A DNA stretch of 64,000 nucleotides from an uncultured virus (IMG/VR IMGVR_UViG_2799112477_000001) (Duplodnaviria; Heunggongvirae; Uroviricota; Caudoviricetes): the IMG/VR virus record IMGVR_UViG_2799112477_000001; one strand, written 5' to 3'. Both the position numbers and the translations under genes were made by a program. The stretch's first letter is position 1, and every line of letters begins with the position of its first letter. This document shows, piece after piece, positions 45,465-55,123 of this stretch. The notes beneath the pieces were generated by a model. It searched no databases, was not told the origin of the DNA, and saw nothing but the letters and a program-made list of their open reading frames with translations.

Positions 45465-46733
45465 TTATTTCAGTTTGAGGCTCTGGATCGCCGCCTTCGC
45501 AATCTTCATCGCGGTCTTCTCCTGCGGTGCCTCATACATAATGGCGATCATGTAGTTATTGCCTCCGCGTTCAACGATGAACATGTCCACGCATCTGATG
45601 CCCGGGTTGCCGTAAGGGTTCTCGGCGCTGGTATAGTCGTAGAGATTGGTCGGCAGGTTCACATATCCTCTGAAGGCAGCCTTTTCATCCGCCAGGGGCT
45701 CACCTTCATAATCGGTGCAGCTTGCTGCAGGATAGTAATGTTTTGAATAATCCGGGTCCAGGAGCAGTGATATCACGCCGTCTATATAAGTGCCCTGCAC
45801 GTATTCAGCCGAAAGATCCTTGACGGGCTCTGAAACGCTGAAGACGCCAACGGCCATGCTGGAATCAGCTTTTATATCCATGCTTGATGTAAGGAACACA
45901 TTTCCCTTGTTTGCTGCGGCCTGCTGGAACTCTGAAGGCAGTTCAAGAGACAGCTTTCTGTATTCATATGTAGCAAGAGGCGAGAGCTTGGGCTCTTTAT
46001 ATGCCGCACTTGAGATCATGTAATTAATCATGTCCTGTGCAGTCGTTACCCAGTCAGTAGGCACCACTGTCATAAGCATTGCCGGAACATCGTTCCATCT
46101 GAAGTAACCTGCCACAAGATCAAATCCTTCGATCGAGTATGTGTCGGCAGTAGTCTTGTCTATCAGGACGACATCGTTCGTCACCTTGAGGCTTGCTGCT
46201 GTTTTATCTTCTGTGAACGGAGGGGTCTGTTCGTCGTCTGAAGCAGAGTAGCTGTTAATCCAAACATTTCTTCCTTCGTTATACGGGAACGGCAGGCCTG
46301 TGATAAATATGCTCATCCGTTTTCCGAAGTCAGACGCTACGTGGTTGAACGGGTCCTGTTCGCTCTCCAGTGCAGAGCTGTCAAGATCGCATTTCAGATA
46401 GAACACGGCACCCGGCAGGTTCTGGTCATCGCCGGGAACATCGTATCTTATACATGTGTGGTTTACGATGGTCTGCTTCCATGTCTTTGGCACATCGAAT
46501 GTCATGCAGGCGCTTTCGAAGTCTACGGTCTTATATGTGTATTCCTCAAACGGGTTGTCTGTCCTTGTGAAAGGTGTTTCCGCAGAGCTTTCCGCAGGCT
46601 CGCTATCGGTAATGTCTGCGTCACCGATACCGCCGTATTCACCGTCGTTGTTTCCACAGGAAGAGAGCGGGACGATCATCAGAGCGGCTGCAAGAGCAAA
46701 TACGATCAGTTTCTTCAGTTTGGTAGCTATCAT
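45465..46733 (-). CDS. Lipoprotein
   Basis: Signal peptide with lipobox LSSC; ATG 46733. Confidence 0.7.
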   Translation of the reverse strand: MIATKLKKLIVFALAAALMIVPLSSCGNNDGEYGGIGDADITDSEPAESSAETPFTRTDNPFEEYTYKTVDFESACMTFDVPKTWKQTIVNHTCIRYDVPGDDQNLPGAVFYLKCDLDSSALESEQDPFNHVASDFGKRMSIFITGLPFPYNEGRNVWINSYSASDDEQTPPFTEDKTAASLKVTNDVVLIDKTTADTYSIEGFDLVAGYFRWNDVPAMLMTVVPTDWVTTAQDMINYMISSAAYKEPKLSPLATYEYRKLSLELPSEFQQAAANKGNVFLTSSMDIKADSSMAVGVFSVSEPVKDLSAEYVQGTYIDGVISLLLDPDYSKHYYPAASCTDYEGEPLADEKAAFRGYVNLPTNLYDYTSAENPYGNPGIRCVDMFIVERGGNNYMIAIMYEAPQEKTAMKIAKAAIQSLKLK

Positions 46734-46869
46734 GTTGAACCTTCTTTCGCATATATGCACAATTGGCACTGCTAACTTGTTGGGTTTTTTCTTTTTTGAT
46801 GGTATGATATCAGAATAACACAAGAAAATACCATTCTTTGAATACTACAATGACGCAAGGTGAAGGAAA

Positions 46870-47826
46870 ATGTCAACAAGAAACACCGAAAAAAGGAAAA
46901 AAAGACGCCGCAGGCGCAAGGTAAAGACTTCTGTCAAGCTCATAACGGCTGTTGTTGTTCTGGTCCTGAGTCTTGGCACTTATACGGGTATCAGGATATA
47001 TCAGCTTCGCAACAACCCAGATCCGTACGGAGATATCAGTTCGCAGGATCTGGCGGACGATGATTCCTTTACCGTGGCTGACGGGAGTGCGAATTATACA
47101 GTCCTGAACCTGGGGCAGGGAGAAGCGATAATAGTCAAGGTCGGCAATGTCGAGGCTCTAATAGATACGGGACCGGCGGATAAAAGCAAGGAGCTTATGA
47201 AGGCTCTTAAAGAAAATGTCTCAGGGCAGCTTGAATATCTTGTTATCACCAGCCCGGCTCCGGGAAGAACAGGCGGCATAGGCGCGGTCGTGGACGGGAT
47301 GAGCGTAGGAACGTGCGTCTACTGCGACTTAGGCGAGGAGGGCGGTGAGATCCGAGAAAAGCTTTTGAAATGCAAAACGGCGTTCCCGGGCAAAGATATG
47401 TCTCTTGATATGGGCGTGGACGCAACCTTGTCGATCATAAAGCCTGAGGTATCGTCAAGCGATGCAAGAGATCAGTCTCTTGTCACGTATTTCACATACG
47501 GGACAACAGGATTTGTAGGTTTGTCGGATGCAGGAAAGGAAGAGATATCGAGGGCGTTCGGGGATATAGTAATGAGCAACGTAGTGGTGCTTTCGCAGTA
47601 TGGAGCGTCAGAACCGAATATGGCTATCCCTGAAGGTAATTACAGCACAACATTCATTGCATCTGCTGCAAAGGACTCGGGCGTTCCGACTGAAGAGCTG
47701 ACGGATCATCTCAAGGGCTCGGTCCTGACTACAAGCAGCGAGGGGAACATAAACCTTGTATCTACTGGCAGTGTCGTTGAGAGAGTCCTTCCGGCAGAAG
47801 AAGAAACGAAGGACTCTGAGGAATAG
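46870..47826 (+). CDS. Membrane-anchored ComEC/Rec2-type metallo-beta-lactamase-fold protein with degenerate active site
   Basis: LNLGQGEAI..LIDTG..LEYLVIT(SPAPGR)TGG..SLV..GLSDA; the His ligands are missing. Confidence 0.7.
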   Translation: MSTRNTEKRKKRRRRRKVKTSVKLITAVVVLVLSLGTYTGIRIYQLRNNPDPYGDISSQDLADDDSFTVADGSANYTVLNLGQGEAIIVKVGNVEALIDTGPADKSKELMKALKENVSGQLEYLVITSPAPGRTGGIGAVVDGMSVGTCVYCDLGEEGGEIREKLLKCKTAFPGKDMSLDMGVDATLSIIKPEVSSSDARDQSLVTYFTYGTTGFVGLSDAGKEEISRAFGDIVMSNVVVLSQYGASEPNMAIPEGNYSTTFIASAAKDSGVPTEELTDHLKGSVLTTSSEGNINLVSTGSVVERVLPAEEETKDSEE

Positions 47827-47841
47827 CTTCAGGTCGATAGG

Positions 47842-47870
47842 GCCGGGGATAATGCATCCCCGGTTTTTTG
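47842..47870 (+). terminator. Intrinsic terminator
   Basis: CCGGG(G)AT..ATCCCGG followed by TTTTTT. Confidence 0.6.
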
Positions 47871-48076
47871 TTGCTTCCGTACGCTGCATATATTTGCGAA
47901 GAAAGTGCACGCTATCGCTATCATACTGCAATAATATAGCAGATTATGTATATTTTAGATATTATACTGATAAAATGTTGCGGATAACTATTGCATTTAC
48001 GCAACAAAGTGAAGTATAATTTCAACATAATAAAGACCAACCAACACAAATTGAAAAACATAGAAAGGCATAGGTT

Positions 48077-48574
48077 ATGAATCAGGTCATATTAATCGGA
48101 AGACTGACAAGAGATGTTGAGCTGTCATACACACCATCCACACAGCAGCCGGTAGCAAAATTCACCCTCGCTGTAGACAAGCCGAGGCGAGAAGGACAGG
48201 ACCAGGGTGCTGATTTCATCAGGATCACGGTCTGGGGCAAGCAGGCAGAGACCTGCGAGCGATATCTGTCAAAGGGAAGACAGGCGGCCGTACAGGGAAG
48301 GATCCAGACTGGAAGCTATACAAAGGACGGTGTGACTGTATATACGACTGACGTTGTTGCCGACAGGGTAGAGTTCCTCGGCGGTGGACAGGGCGGTCAG
48401 AGCGGTCAGGAACGCGGACGCGGAAGTGCACCGAGAGACAACGGCCGCACAGGCGGCAGCGGGAACTCGCGCGCAAACAACAGCTATAACAATCCGGACA
48501 GCAGATTCGGATTCAACGACTTCGACGATCTTCCGGATACTTTCGAAGCAGCAGAAGATGACATCCCGTTCTAA
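48077..48574 (+). CDS. ssb: Single-stranded DNA-binding protein
   Basis: MNQVILIGRLTRD..GRIQTGSY..C-terminal DDIPF. Confidence 0.95.
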   Translation: MNQVILIGRLTRDVELSYTPSTQQPVAKFTLAVDKPRREGQDQGADFIRITVWGKQAETCERYLSKGRQAAVQGRIQTGSYTKDGVTVYTTDVVADRVEFLGGGQGGQSGQERGRGSAPRDNGRTGGSGNSRANNSYNNPDSRFGFNDFDDLPDTFEAAEDDIPF

Positions 48575-48611
48575 GCAGACGGGAACCGGATAGGAAGGAG
48601 CTACGGTCGGC

Positions 48612-48860
48612 ATGAATGAAAATGTAACACTTTCTCTTTACGCCGCTCGCGTTAACGCTGGGATGTCAAGGGCGTTTGTGGCGGATGAGCTTGGTATTTC
48701 CGCCGGTACTCTCGGAAAGTATGAGAAGGGAGAGATCGAACCGGGATCGATCGTGTTTGTACAGATGTGCAAGCTTTACGGCGTGCCGTGCGAGATGATC
48801 CGGTTCGAAGAGCGCCTGATAAAGCGCAGAGAGAAAAAGATGAAGAAGGGAGATATCTGA
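48612..48860 (+). CDS. XRE-family HTH protein
   Basis: ARVNAGMSRAFVADELGIS..YEKG..LYGV. Confidence 0.8.
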   Translation: MNENVTLSLYAARVNAGMSRAFVADELGISAGTLGKYEKGEIEPGSIVFVQMCKLYGVPCEMIRFEERLIKRREKKMKKGDI

Positions 48861-48861
48861 T

Positions 48862-49107
48862 ATGAAGGAAAGGCTCATGGTAAGGGGCAAGCGCCACTGG
48901 GTCGCCGACAAGGACGGTAAAGTGCTCCTCGGCAATTATGACACCTATCAGGACGCAAGGAATGCCCTGGTCGAAATGGAACGCGTTGATAAGGAAAATG
49001 GTATATATGTCGCAAGATTCTATACCGTAGTGGAGGGATTTCTCAACACGCTGAGGCTTAACGGCTACACTGCGATAGAAGACATTTACCTCTGTACGGA
49101 CCTTTAG
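48862..49107 (+). CDS. Hypothetical protein
   Basis: 81-aa ORF in operon spacing. Confidence 0.5.
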   Translation: MKERLMVRGKRHWVADKDGKVLLGNYDTYQDARNALVEMERVDKENGIYVARFYTVVEGFLNTLRLNGYTAIEDIYLCTDL

Positions 49108-49118
49108 GAGACAAGGCA

Positions 49119-49979
49119 ATGTTCGAAAAGATTTATACGGTAGACAAAAGCGGAGCTCAGCACAAGCTGTCAGCTCAGGACCTCAGAATCATGGTCAACA
49201 ATGATCAGGTGTCCGATCTGAACCTCATATACAGGGCGAATACGAAAAAGGCCTTCGCAGCGTTCAGACTTACATCCTGGCTGGACAGGGACAAGGCCGA
49301 AAAGGGCATCCGCGAGCGCGTCGTGAAGTTCCTTGTAGAGGTAGGCGCGTATGATCCAAGCAAGCCGAAGGGGCAGCGACAGAAAGAGTATATCCAGATC
49401 TTCATGGATGAAGATGAATTCTCTTACTTCTGCGGGCTTCTTAAGGGCGGAAGGATCATGGATGTAATGGAGAGAAAGGAGAGGAGCGGCGACAGGGTCC
49501 CGTATCTTCTTCATAACGGAAAGGGCGATGCCAAGAGGCTGAGGATCTACAGGGGCAGCAAGATGCCTGTGATCCTGGAGGCCGCGCAGGGTCCCGGAAA
49601 ACTCGGTGAAAACGGACAGACGCTTCCTGATGCCTGGGAGGGCGCGAACAAGGATAAGGTCCGCAAGACAATGATAGGCCTTTCCGAACAGGAAATCGGA
49701 AAGATCGGCGCTGCCGGGGAAAGAGCTCTGTCGATCCTGGACATGTGGAGAGCTTTCGGCAGAGAAGAGGAAAATCTCAGCCTTATCAACATAAGAAAAG
49801 AGGGGCGAAAAAACGACAGTGCCGGGCGCTACGATGGACGCAGCTCCTACAGAGAACAGGGGAGCGGACAGTCGGGGCAGGGCTACGGCAGCTATGCTGC
49901 AAAGGGTTCAGGCCCACGTGGCGGAGCCCGGGAAAGCAGCTACTACGAAAACAGCTATGCCTCCGGACAGGGCTGGTAG
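49119..49979 (+). CDS. Hypothetical protein
   Basis: 286-aa ORF with AGGAG RBS and a Gly/Ser/Tyr-rich tail. Confidence 0.6.
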   Translation: MFEKIYTVDKSGAQHKLSAQDLRIMVNNDQVSDLNLIYRANTKKAFAAFRLTSWLDRDKAEKGIRERVVKFLVEVGAYDPSKPKGQRQKEYIQIFMDEDEFSYFCGLLKGGRIMDVMERKERSGDRVPYLLHNGKGDAKRLRIYRGSKMPVILEAAQGPGKLGENGQTLPDAWEGANKDKVRKTMIGLSEQEIGKIGAAGERALSILDMWRAFGREEENLSLINIRKEGRKNDSAGRYDGRSSYREQGSGQSGQGYGSYAAKGSGPRGGARESSYYENSYASGQGW

Positions 49980-50030
49980 CAATTCTTTTCCATAGTACAC
50001 GAGTTTGCGGTCTCGTCAAAACCGCCTTGT

Positions 50031-50071
50031 GGTCCCGGTGGATGTGAGCAGGTTCGACTCCTGCAGGGACA
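50031..50071 (+). ncRNA. Minimal tRNA-like element (acceptor-like stem plus T-arm only)
   Basis: GTCCC..GCAGG-TTCGACT-CCTGC-AGGGAC. Confidence 0.45.
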
Positions 50072-50086
50072 AATGGGGCATAAAAG

Positions 50087-50542
50087 ATGAAGAAGAAAAA
50101 GAAAAAAAGCAATAAGAAGGTTATTGACAAGACCACTGTACTTAAGACAAGGGCTGAAATGACGGATGAGGAATATTCAAGGCTGTCAAACAAAGCTGAG
50201 GGCAGACTGCAGGAATACCTCTTCTCTGTTTCTTCCCCTGATATGTCAGTGTCAAGCAGGGCCAAAGTGACGGGTGTGATCGCTGAAGAGTTCAGGATCA
50301 GGCTTGCAACCGACGAAGCGTTCTTCAATAAGATCAACGGTTTTGTGAACGGCAGGCCGACTGCCACGCCTGCGGAGAGGACGGAGTTTTTCTTCGGTGT
50401 CGTGCAGGAGATCTGCAGACAGAACAGAGTGAAACAAAAGCTTGCCGAAAGATACCCGGATGCCTACAGGCTGCCGGAGAACAGAAGAAAGGCAGGCAGA
50501 AAGCGCAGGGTCTTCAAGGACCTTTCGGGCAGCTATCGCTGA
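50087..50542 (+). CDS. Hypothetical basic protein
   Basis: 151-aa ORF on the operon strand. Confidence 0.5.
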   Translation: MKKKKKKSNKKVIDKTTVLKTRAEMTDEEYSRLSNKAEGRLQEYLFSVSSPDMSVSSRAKVTGVIAEEFRIRLATDEAFFNKINGFVNGRPTATPAERTEFFFGVVQEICRQNRVKQKLAERYPDAYRLPENRRKAGRKRRVFKDLSGSYR

Positions 50543-50677
50543 TAGCTGATATGGTTTCAACTGGCGGGGCGGCATATATTGTCGTAATTAATTCTCCAAA
50601 ATAACGAAAAGCGCATATATCTAAAAAATATCAACCCAACACCGCTGCCCCGTCACGCGAATATATGCAAATGCAAA

Positions 50678-52435
50678 ATGGTAACAATACAGCAGATATC
50701 CAAAGAGTATATAAGGCTGAGTTTTGTCAGTTACTATCACTATGTGATACGTGACAACAGGCTTGAGGATATACCGGGCGTTGTAAGGTGTGACGCCAGG
50801 AAGTATTGTGTTGTTCCTTTGAGCAGCCTGCCCTTCATAAGAGCAGAGTTCGATGGGGAAATCTATTACAAGACTCCGTTGTGGAAGCTCCTCGGCCAGA
50901 GCGAGCCTGAAAAGGCCGAGATAAAGTTCTTCGGACCGGAGCCTGATGTCCCTTCTCTCGCTCTTAAGCCGTATGAGTATCAGAACGAGGGAATAAAGTT
51001 CATGATCGACAGGCTCAATAATGAAGGCTTCGTACTGAACGGCGATGGGGTAGGGCTTGGCAAAACACTCCAGACTATCGGAACGATCAAGTGGTTCGTG
51101 GAAAACAGGGGCGCGAGAAAGATACTCATCATCTGTAAGAAGTCCATCAAGACTCAGTGGTCAGAAGAGATACGGCGTATTGCTGACTGGCAGAAGGTGC
51201 CTATCTTCGTCACGGGAAGCACCAAGAAAAAACGCAGTGAAGCGTATGAGGGAATAAGAAATTCCAGGACGGGGATACTTATAACGAATTACCATAGCTT
51301 TCTCAATGATTCGGAAGAGATCAACACGGTCAACTATGACATCTGCGTGATTGATGAAGCGCATTGCATAAAAGGCAAGGACGGTAAGATGAACAACCTC
51401 ATCGCAGAGACCGTAAGCGGAAAGAGAACGATCCTTCTCACGGGCACTCCGATAATGTCAAGACCCGAAGATATCTACGGCATCGTGAGCATGGTATCAC
51501 CAAACTTCTTCGGGACGTACGATGCATTCGAGGCCAGATACATGCGAATGGCTGACGGCAAGTTCGGAAGGCAGATGTTCGGCGTTTGGCACCTTGATGA
51601 ACTTCAGGAGAAGATACAGCGCTTTCTGATAATGCGCAGTGCTGAAGATGTGGCTCTGGAACTTCCGAAGAGGAAGCTAAAGTGCATAACCTGCGAGATG
51701 GATTCCCTGCAGAAGCGGATGCATGAGATCGTTTCAGAAAGGATAGAACGTATAAACGAGGAGCTTGATAAGGTCGAGCTCAGCGGGATGCCTCATGAAG
51801 AGAAGCTTGCAATGAAGGCAGAGATCGCAAAGAAGATCAATGCGTACAACGCGCCGCTTCAGTTCATAGCCGACGATCCATCCATCTTCCGTTACAGAGA
51901 CTGGAAAAAGGGGACTGTAAATTATCAGCTGGCCAGGAAGCTTCCCGCGAGCTACAGGATGTCCGAAAAGACCGCAGCACTTCTGGATCTTGTCAGCGAG
52001 ATAGTAAATGCGGGCGAGAAGGCTATCATCTTCTGTCACTGGGAAACTTCCACGAAGATGCTGTGTGACAGGCTGGAGCAGAACAAGATAACAGTCGTGA
52101 GGTATACAGGCAGAGAGGACGATGAGGAACGTGCTGCGAATGTTGATGCGTTTAAAAGCGATCCTTCCGTAAATGTCATGATAGGCACAGACGCTATGGC
52201 CGAGGGTCTGAACCTTCAGGTCTGTCCGTTTCTCATCAATTACGAACAGGCAGATACTGACGCTCTCAAGGACCAGCGCTCGGGTCGTATACGCAGGATC
52301 GGGTCCAGATATGAGTCTGTATATATCATCGACCTTGTGACAAAAGAGAAGGATTCAAAGGATGTAAAGAAAATGCGGAAGATGACGAGGGATGGGGATA
52401 TGTCCTCGGGGATCCTTGTTCAGGCGACCGCATAG
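50678..52435 (+). CDS. SNF2-family helicase/translocase
   Basis: DGVGLGKT, DEAH, LTGTP, EGLNLQ, QRSGRIRRIG. Confidence 0.9.
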   Translation: MVTIQQISKEYIRLSFVSYYHYVIRDNRLEDIPGVVRCDARKYCVVPLSSLPFIRAEFDGEIYYKTPLWKLLGQSEPEKAEIKFFGPEPDVPSLALKPYEYQNEGIKFMIDRLNNEGFVLNGDGVGLGKTLQTIGTIKWFVENRGARKILIICKKSIKTQWSEEIRRIADWQKVPIFVTGSTKKKRSEAYEGIRNSRTGILITNYHSFLNDSEEINTVNYDICVIDEAHCIKGKDGKMNNLIAETVSGKRTILLTGTPIMSRPEDIYGIVSMVSPNFFGTYDAFEARYMRMADGKFGRQMFGVWHLDELQEKIQRFLIMRSAEDVALELPKRKLKCITCEMDSLQKRMHEIVSERIERINEELDKVELSGMPHEEKLAMKAEIAKKINAYNAPLQFIADDPSIFRYRDWKKGTVNYQLARKLPASYRMSEKTAALLDLVSEIVNAGEKAIIFCHWETSTKMLCDRLEQNKITVVRYTGREDDEERAANVDAFKSDPSVNVMIGTDAMAEGLNLQVCPFLINYEQADTDALKDQRSGRIRRIGSRYESVYIIDLVTKEKDSKDVKKMRKMTRDGDMSSGILVQATA

Positions 52436-52451
52436 GCGGGAGGGACCGAAT

Positions 52452-52745
52452 ATGCTGCCACTCGGAAACAATATAAGGCGGATGCTCAGGAAAAAGAAGA
52501 TGAGCAGGCGTGAGCTCGGTGATCTGCTCGGGGTCTGTGAGGGCTCGGTATCACGGTACATCTACGGTGAGCGTGAGCCGAATCTTTCCCAGCTTGTAAA
52601 GATGGCAGATATATTCGGGGTCTCTCTTGACTGGCTCATCACAGGGAAGGAGGCTGCGGACAGAGAGCGGCTTCTTCCTGCGAAAAAGTATGTGTTGACC
52701 GTTGAGGGAAGCATGTTTCTCGAAGAGGTTATACACGAACAGTAG
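52452..52745 (+). CDS. XRE-family HTH regulator
   Basis: MSRRELGDLLGV..GEREP..MADIFGVSLDWLITG; GGAGG RBS before ATG 52452. Confidence 0.85.
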   Translation: MLPLGNNIRRMLRKKKMSRRELGDLLGVCEGSVSRYIYGEREPNLSQLVKMADIFGVSLDWLITGKEAADRERLLPAKKYVLTVEGSMFLEEVIHEQ

Positions 52746-52780
52746 AAGCCGCGCCCTATTCGGCAAGGGGCGCAAGTTTT

Positions 52781-52849
52781 GACAGGCGCCGGTGTGGAGA
52801 CTCTTTTGTCTGATCTCGTCTCCTGCGGTTCGACTCCGCAGACTGTCCA
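52781..52849 (+). ncRNA. tRNA-like element lacking a canonical D/anticodon arm
   Basis: GACAGGC/GACTGTC acceptor-like stem, GGAGAC/GTCTCC stem, TGCGG-TTCGACT-CCGCA T-arm. Confidence 0.5.
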
Positions 52850-52891
52850 TGCTTTAGAAGCCCGCCGCATGCGCAAGACGGCGGGCGATAC

Positions 52892-52960
52892 GGCGGACGC
52901 AGGATTGCCATCCCTTCGTGGTGTCTTTCATAATGCGGGGTTCGATTCCCCGGTCCGCGA
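52892..52960 (+). ncRNA. Degenerate tRNA-like element
   Basis: GCGGAC/GTCCGC stem, GGAT/ATCC mini-arm, CGGGG-TTCGATT-CCCCG T-arm. Confidence 0.5.
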
Positions 52961-53048
52961 ACCCGGCGGGAAAGCTGCCTTATGGCTGCAGCTCCCTGCT
53001 AACAAAGGGCATTTCGCCATAAAACGAAATAACCGCCGGACCCCTCAT

Positions 53049-53123
53049 CGGGATGTGGCGCATCGGATGCGCTCCTGGTCGGGGACCAGAAGGGAGCAGG
53101 TTCAACTCCTGCCATCTCGACCA
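53049..53123 (+). tRNA. tRNA-Pro (GGG), atypical
   Basis: Acceptor CGGGATG/CATCTCG, A73 and encoded CCA; D stem GCGC/GCGC; anticodon stem CTGG/CCAG with loop TCGGGGA; T-arm GCAGG-TTCAACT-CCTGC. Confidence 0.8.
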
Positions 53124-53217
53124 TCCGGTTTGATCGAGCCGGAAATCATTAGTCATAAGGATCGCATATTCAAAAGTCTTCTGACTGACATACAGCAAAA
53201 CTCACAACCTTTATGTT

Positions 53218-53520
53218 GTCAACTACCCACCGCTTAGACTGACGTCTTGAAGCGGGGGCTTGTGAAAACAAGTCAGTTGATTAGCCTGAGTGCTCAGGGC
53301 ACTACGTTATCTGCGAATATACAGGTACCCCGGGATGCTCCACAAGTCCCGGGCACTACGGATATGCGTTAAACATCGGTGAGGGTAGCCGAAGTGCGTA
53401 TATCATCAAACCGCGGAATAACATTGGCGATGTGGACACCGCCCTTCGGGGCGAGGATCCGTATACACGCCTCTTCGGAGACACGGTATGCGGAAAGCCG
53501 TAAGGCAGCATGTTAGCACT
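53218..53520 (+). ncRNA. omegaRNA (HEARO-like) scaffold of IscB 1
   Basis: Structured non-coding region between the element end and iscB (AGTTGATTAGCCTGAG..CTACGTT..AACATTGGCGA); 3' limit approximate. Confidence 0.75.
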
Positions 53521-53543
53521 AAAAAAACAGAAAGGAGGAGCAC

Positions 53544-54893
53544 ATGACGACTTTCGTTATATCGGCAGAAGGCGAAAAGCTGATGCCGACAACAAATATC
53601 AAAAAAATCCGAAAGCTCCTCCGATCAGGAAGAGCCAAGATCGTGAAGCACGCGCCGTTCACCGTGCAGCTTCTGTACGAGAGCGGAAACGCCGTGCAGC
53701 CAATCGAGTTTACGGAAGATACCGGCTATCAGTATATCGGAGTCTCTCTCAAATCGGAGAAGCACGAATACGTGAGCGCCGAGTATACGCTTCTTAAGAA
53801 CGAGAAGCAGCATCACGACGATCAGCGTCGCGAGGTAAGACGCCCGCGTCGCAACAGAAAACGCTACCGCAAGGCGCGCTTCGACAACAGAAGAAAGTCT
53901 GAAGGCTGGCTCGCTCCGTCGCTCAGAAACAAGGCGGACCGCCATGTAGATATCTTCAAGATGTACTGCGAGGTATGCCCGATAACAAGCGTCACGCTCG
54001 AGATTGGACAGTTCGACCCGGCGGTGCTCGATGCTGTAGAGCAAGGCAAGCCCTTGCCGGAAGGCGTTGATTACCAATACGGGCCGCGTTACGGATACGA
54101 CACGCTGAGAGAAGCAGTCTTCGCAAGAGACGGTTACAGATGCCTCTGCTGCGGTAAATCAGTTATAGAAGACGGCACCGCTCTCAGGCTCCATCATGTG
54201 GGCTTTCGCACGGGCGACAGATCGAACAGGCTCGGCAACCTCGCATCAGTATGCGAGAAATGCCACAGCCCGAAGAACCATAAACCCGGCGGAAAACTGT
54301 GGGATATGGCACCTCCTAAAGGCACGGCATCCGCAGCGTACATGAACATCGTCAGGTGGCATATCTACGAGGGAGTCAAGGCGTTTGGCGTAGACACACA
54401 TATAACCTATGGTGCCGTAACGAAGCGCACAAGACGTGATCTCAACATCGGAAAGTCACACGCGAATGATGCCTACTGCATCGGCAGCATGAGACCGAAA
54501 CGCCGCACGAAGACGCAATACTTTGAAAAGCGCCGCCGCAACAACCGCATACTCGAGAAGTTCTACGACGCGAAGTATCTGGATATTCGTGATGGCAAAA
54601 CAAAGAAGGCGGCGGAGCTCGGGTGTAATCGCACCTCGAGATCCATACCGCGAAGCAATCCGCAGAACGAGCGCGTCTTCCGCGGGGAGAAGGTGTCGAA
54701 CGGCAGACGCAGTATACGCGCTCAGAGGTATCTGTACCAGCCGGACGACATTATCATCTTCGGCGGCAAGAAGCGCATGGTCAAGGGTACGCATAACAAG
54801 GGCTCGAGTGTGCAGCTTATTGGAGGAGGCGATATTTCGCCGAGAAAGATAAAACTTCATCACCACGCTGGTGGCTGGAGACAAGTAGTTTAA
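53544..54893 (+). CDS. iscB: IscB RNA-guided endonuclease
   Basis: KLMPT (PLMP), PFTVQL, RuvC-I EDTG, RRxRR bridge helix, HNH (CLCC..HH..NL..CEKCH), HANDA. Confidence 0.93.
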   Translation: MTTFVISAEGEKLMPTTNIKKIRKLLRSGRAKIVKHAPFTVQLLYESGNAVQPIEFTEDTGYQYIGVSLKSEKHEYVSAEYTLLKNEKQHHDDQRREVRRPRRNRKRYRKARFDNRRKSEGWLAPSLRNKADRHVDIFKMYCEVCPITSVTLEIGQFDPAVLDAVEQGKPLPEGVDYQYGPRYGYDTLREAVFARDGYRCLCCGKSVIEDGTALRLHHVGFRTGDRSNRLGNLASVCEKCHSPKNHKPGGKLWDMAPPKGTASAAYMNIVRWHIYEGVKAFGVDTHITYGAVTKRTRRDLNIGKSHANDAYCIGSMRPKRRTKTQYFEKRRRNNRILEKFYDAKYLDIRDGKTKKAAELGCNRTSRSIPRSNPQNERVFRGEKVSNGRRSIRAQRYLYQPDDIIIFGGKKRMVKGTHNKGSSVQLIGGGDISPRKIKLHHHAGGWRQVV

Positions 54894-55123
54894 TATCATG
54901 GGCGCATTCCTCCCCGGCTTAAAGAAGCCGTGGTCTCCTGCGCTACGTAACGAGAAAGGTTTATGATGAAAAATCGATCCCTCAGCAGAGCCGAGGCTCA
55001 GGACTCTGCAGCGTGCAAGCTGCTAAGTGCTGCCGGGCCGGCTGCGGTTTCACCAGGTATATGCTGTGGCCGGCTGTTAACGACAAATTCAACCATTTAC
55101 ATATATATAAGGAGATGCCGAAG

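Larger units (their letters stand above)
53218..54949 (+). mobile_element. IS200/IS605-superfamily IscB element 1 (no TnpA)
   Basis: Starts GTCAACTACCC plus hairpin; far-end hairpin CCCCGGCTT..AAGCCGTGG at ~54912-54933; right boundary approximate. Confidence 0.85.
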
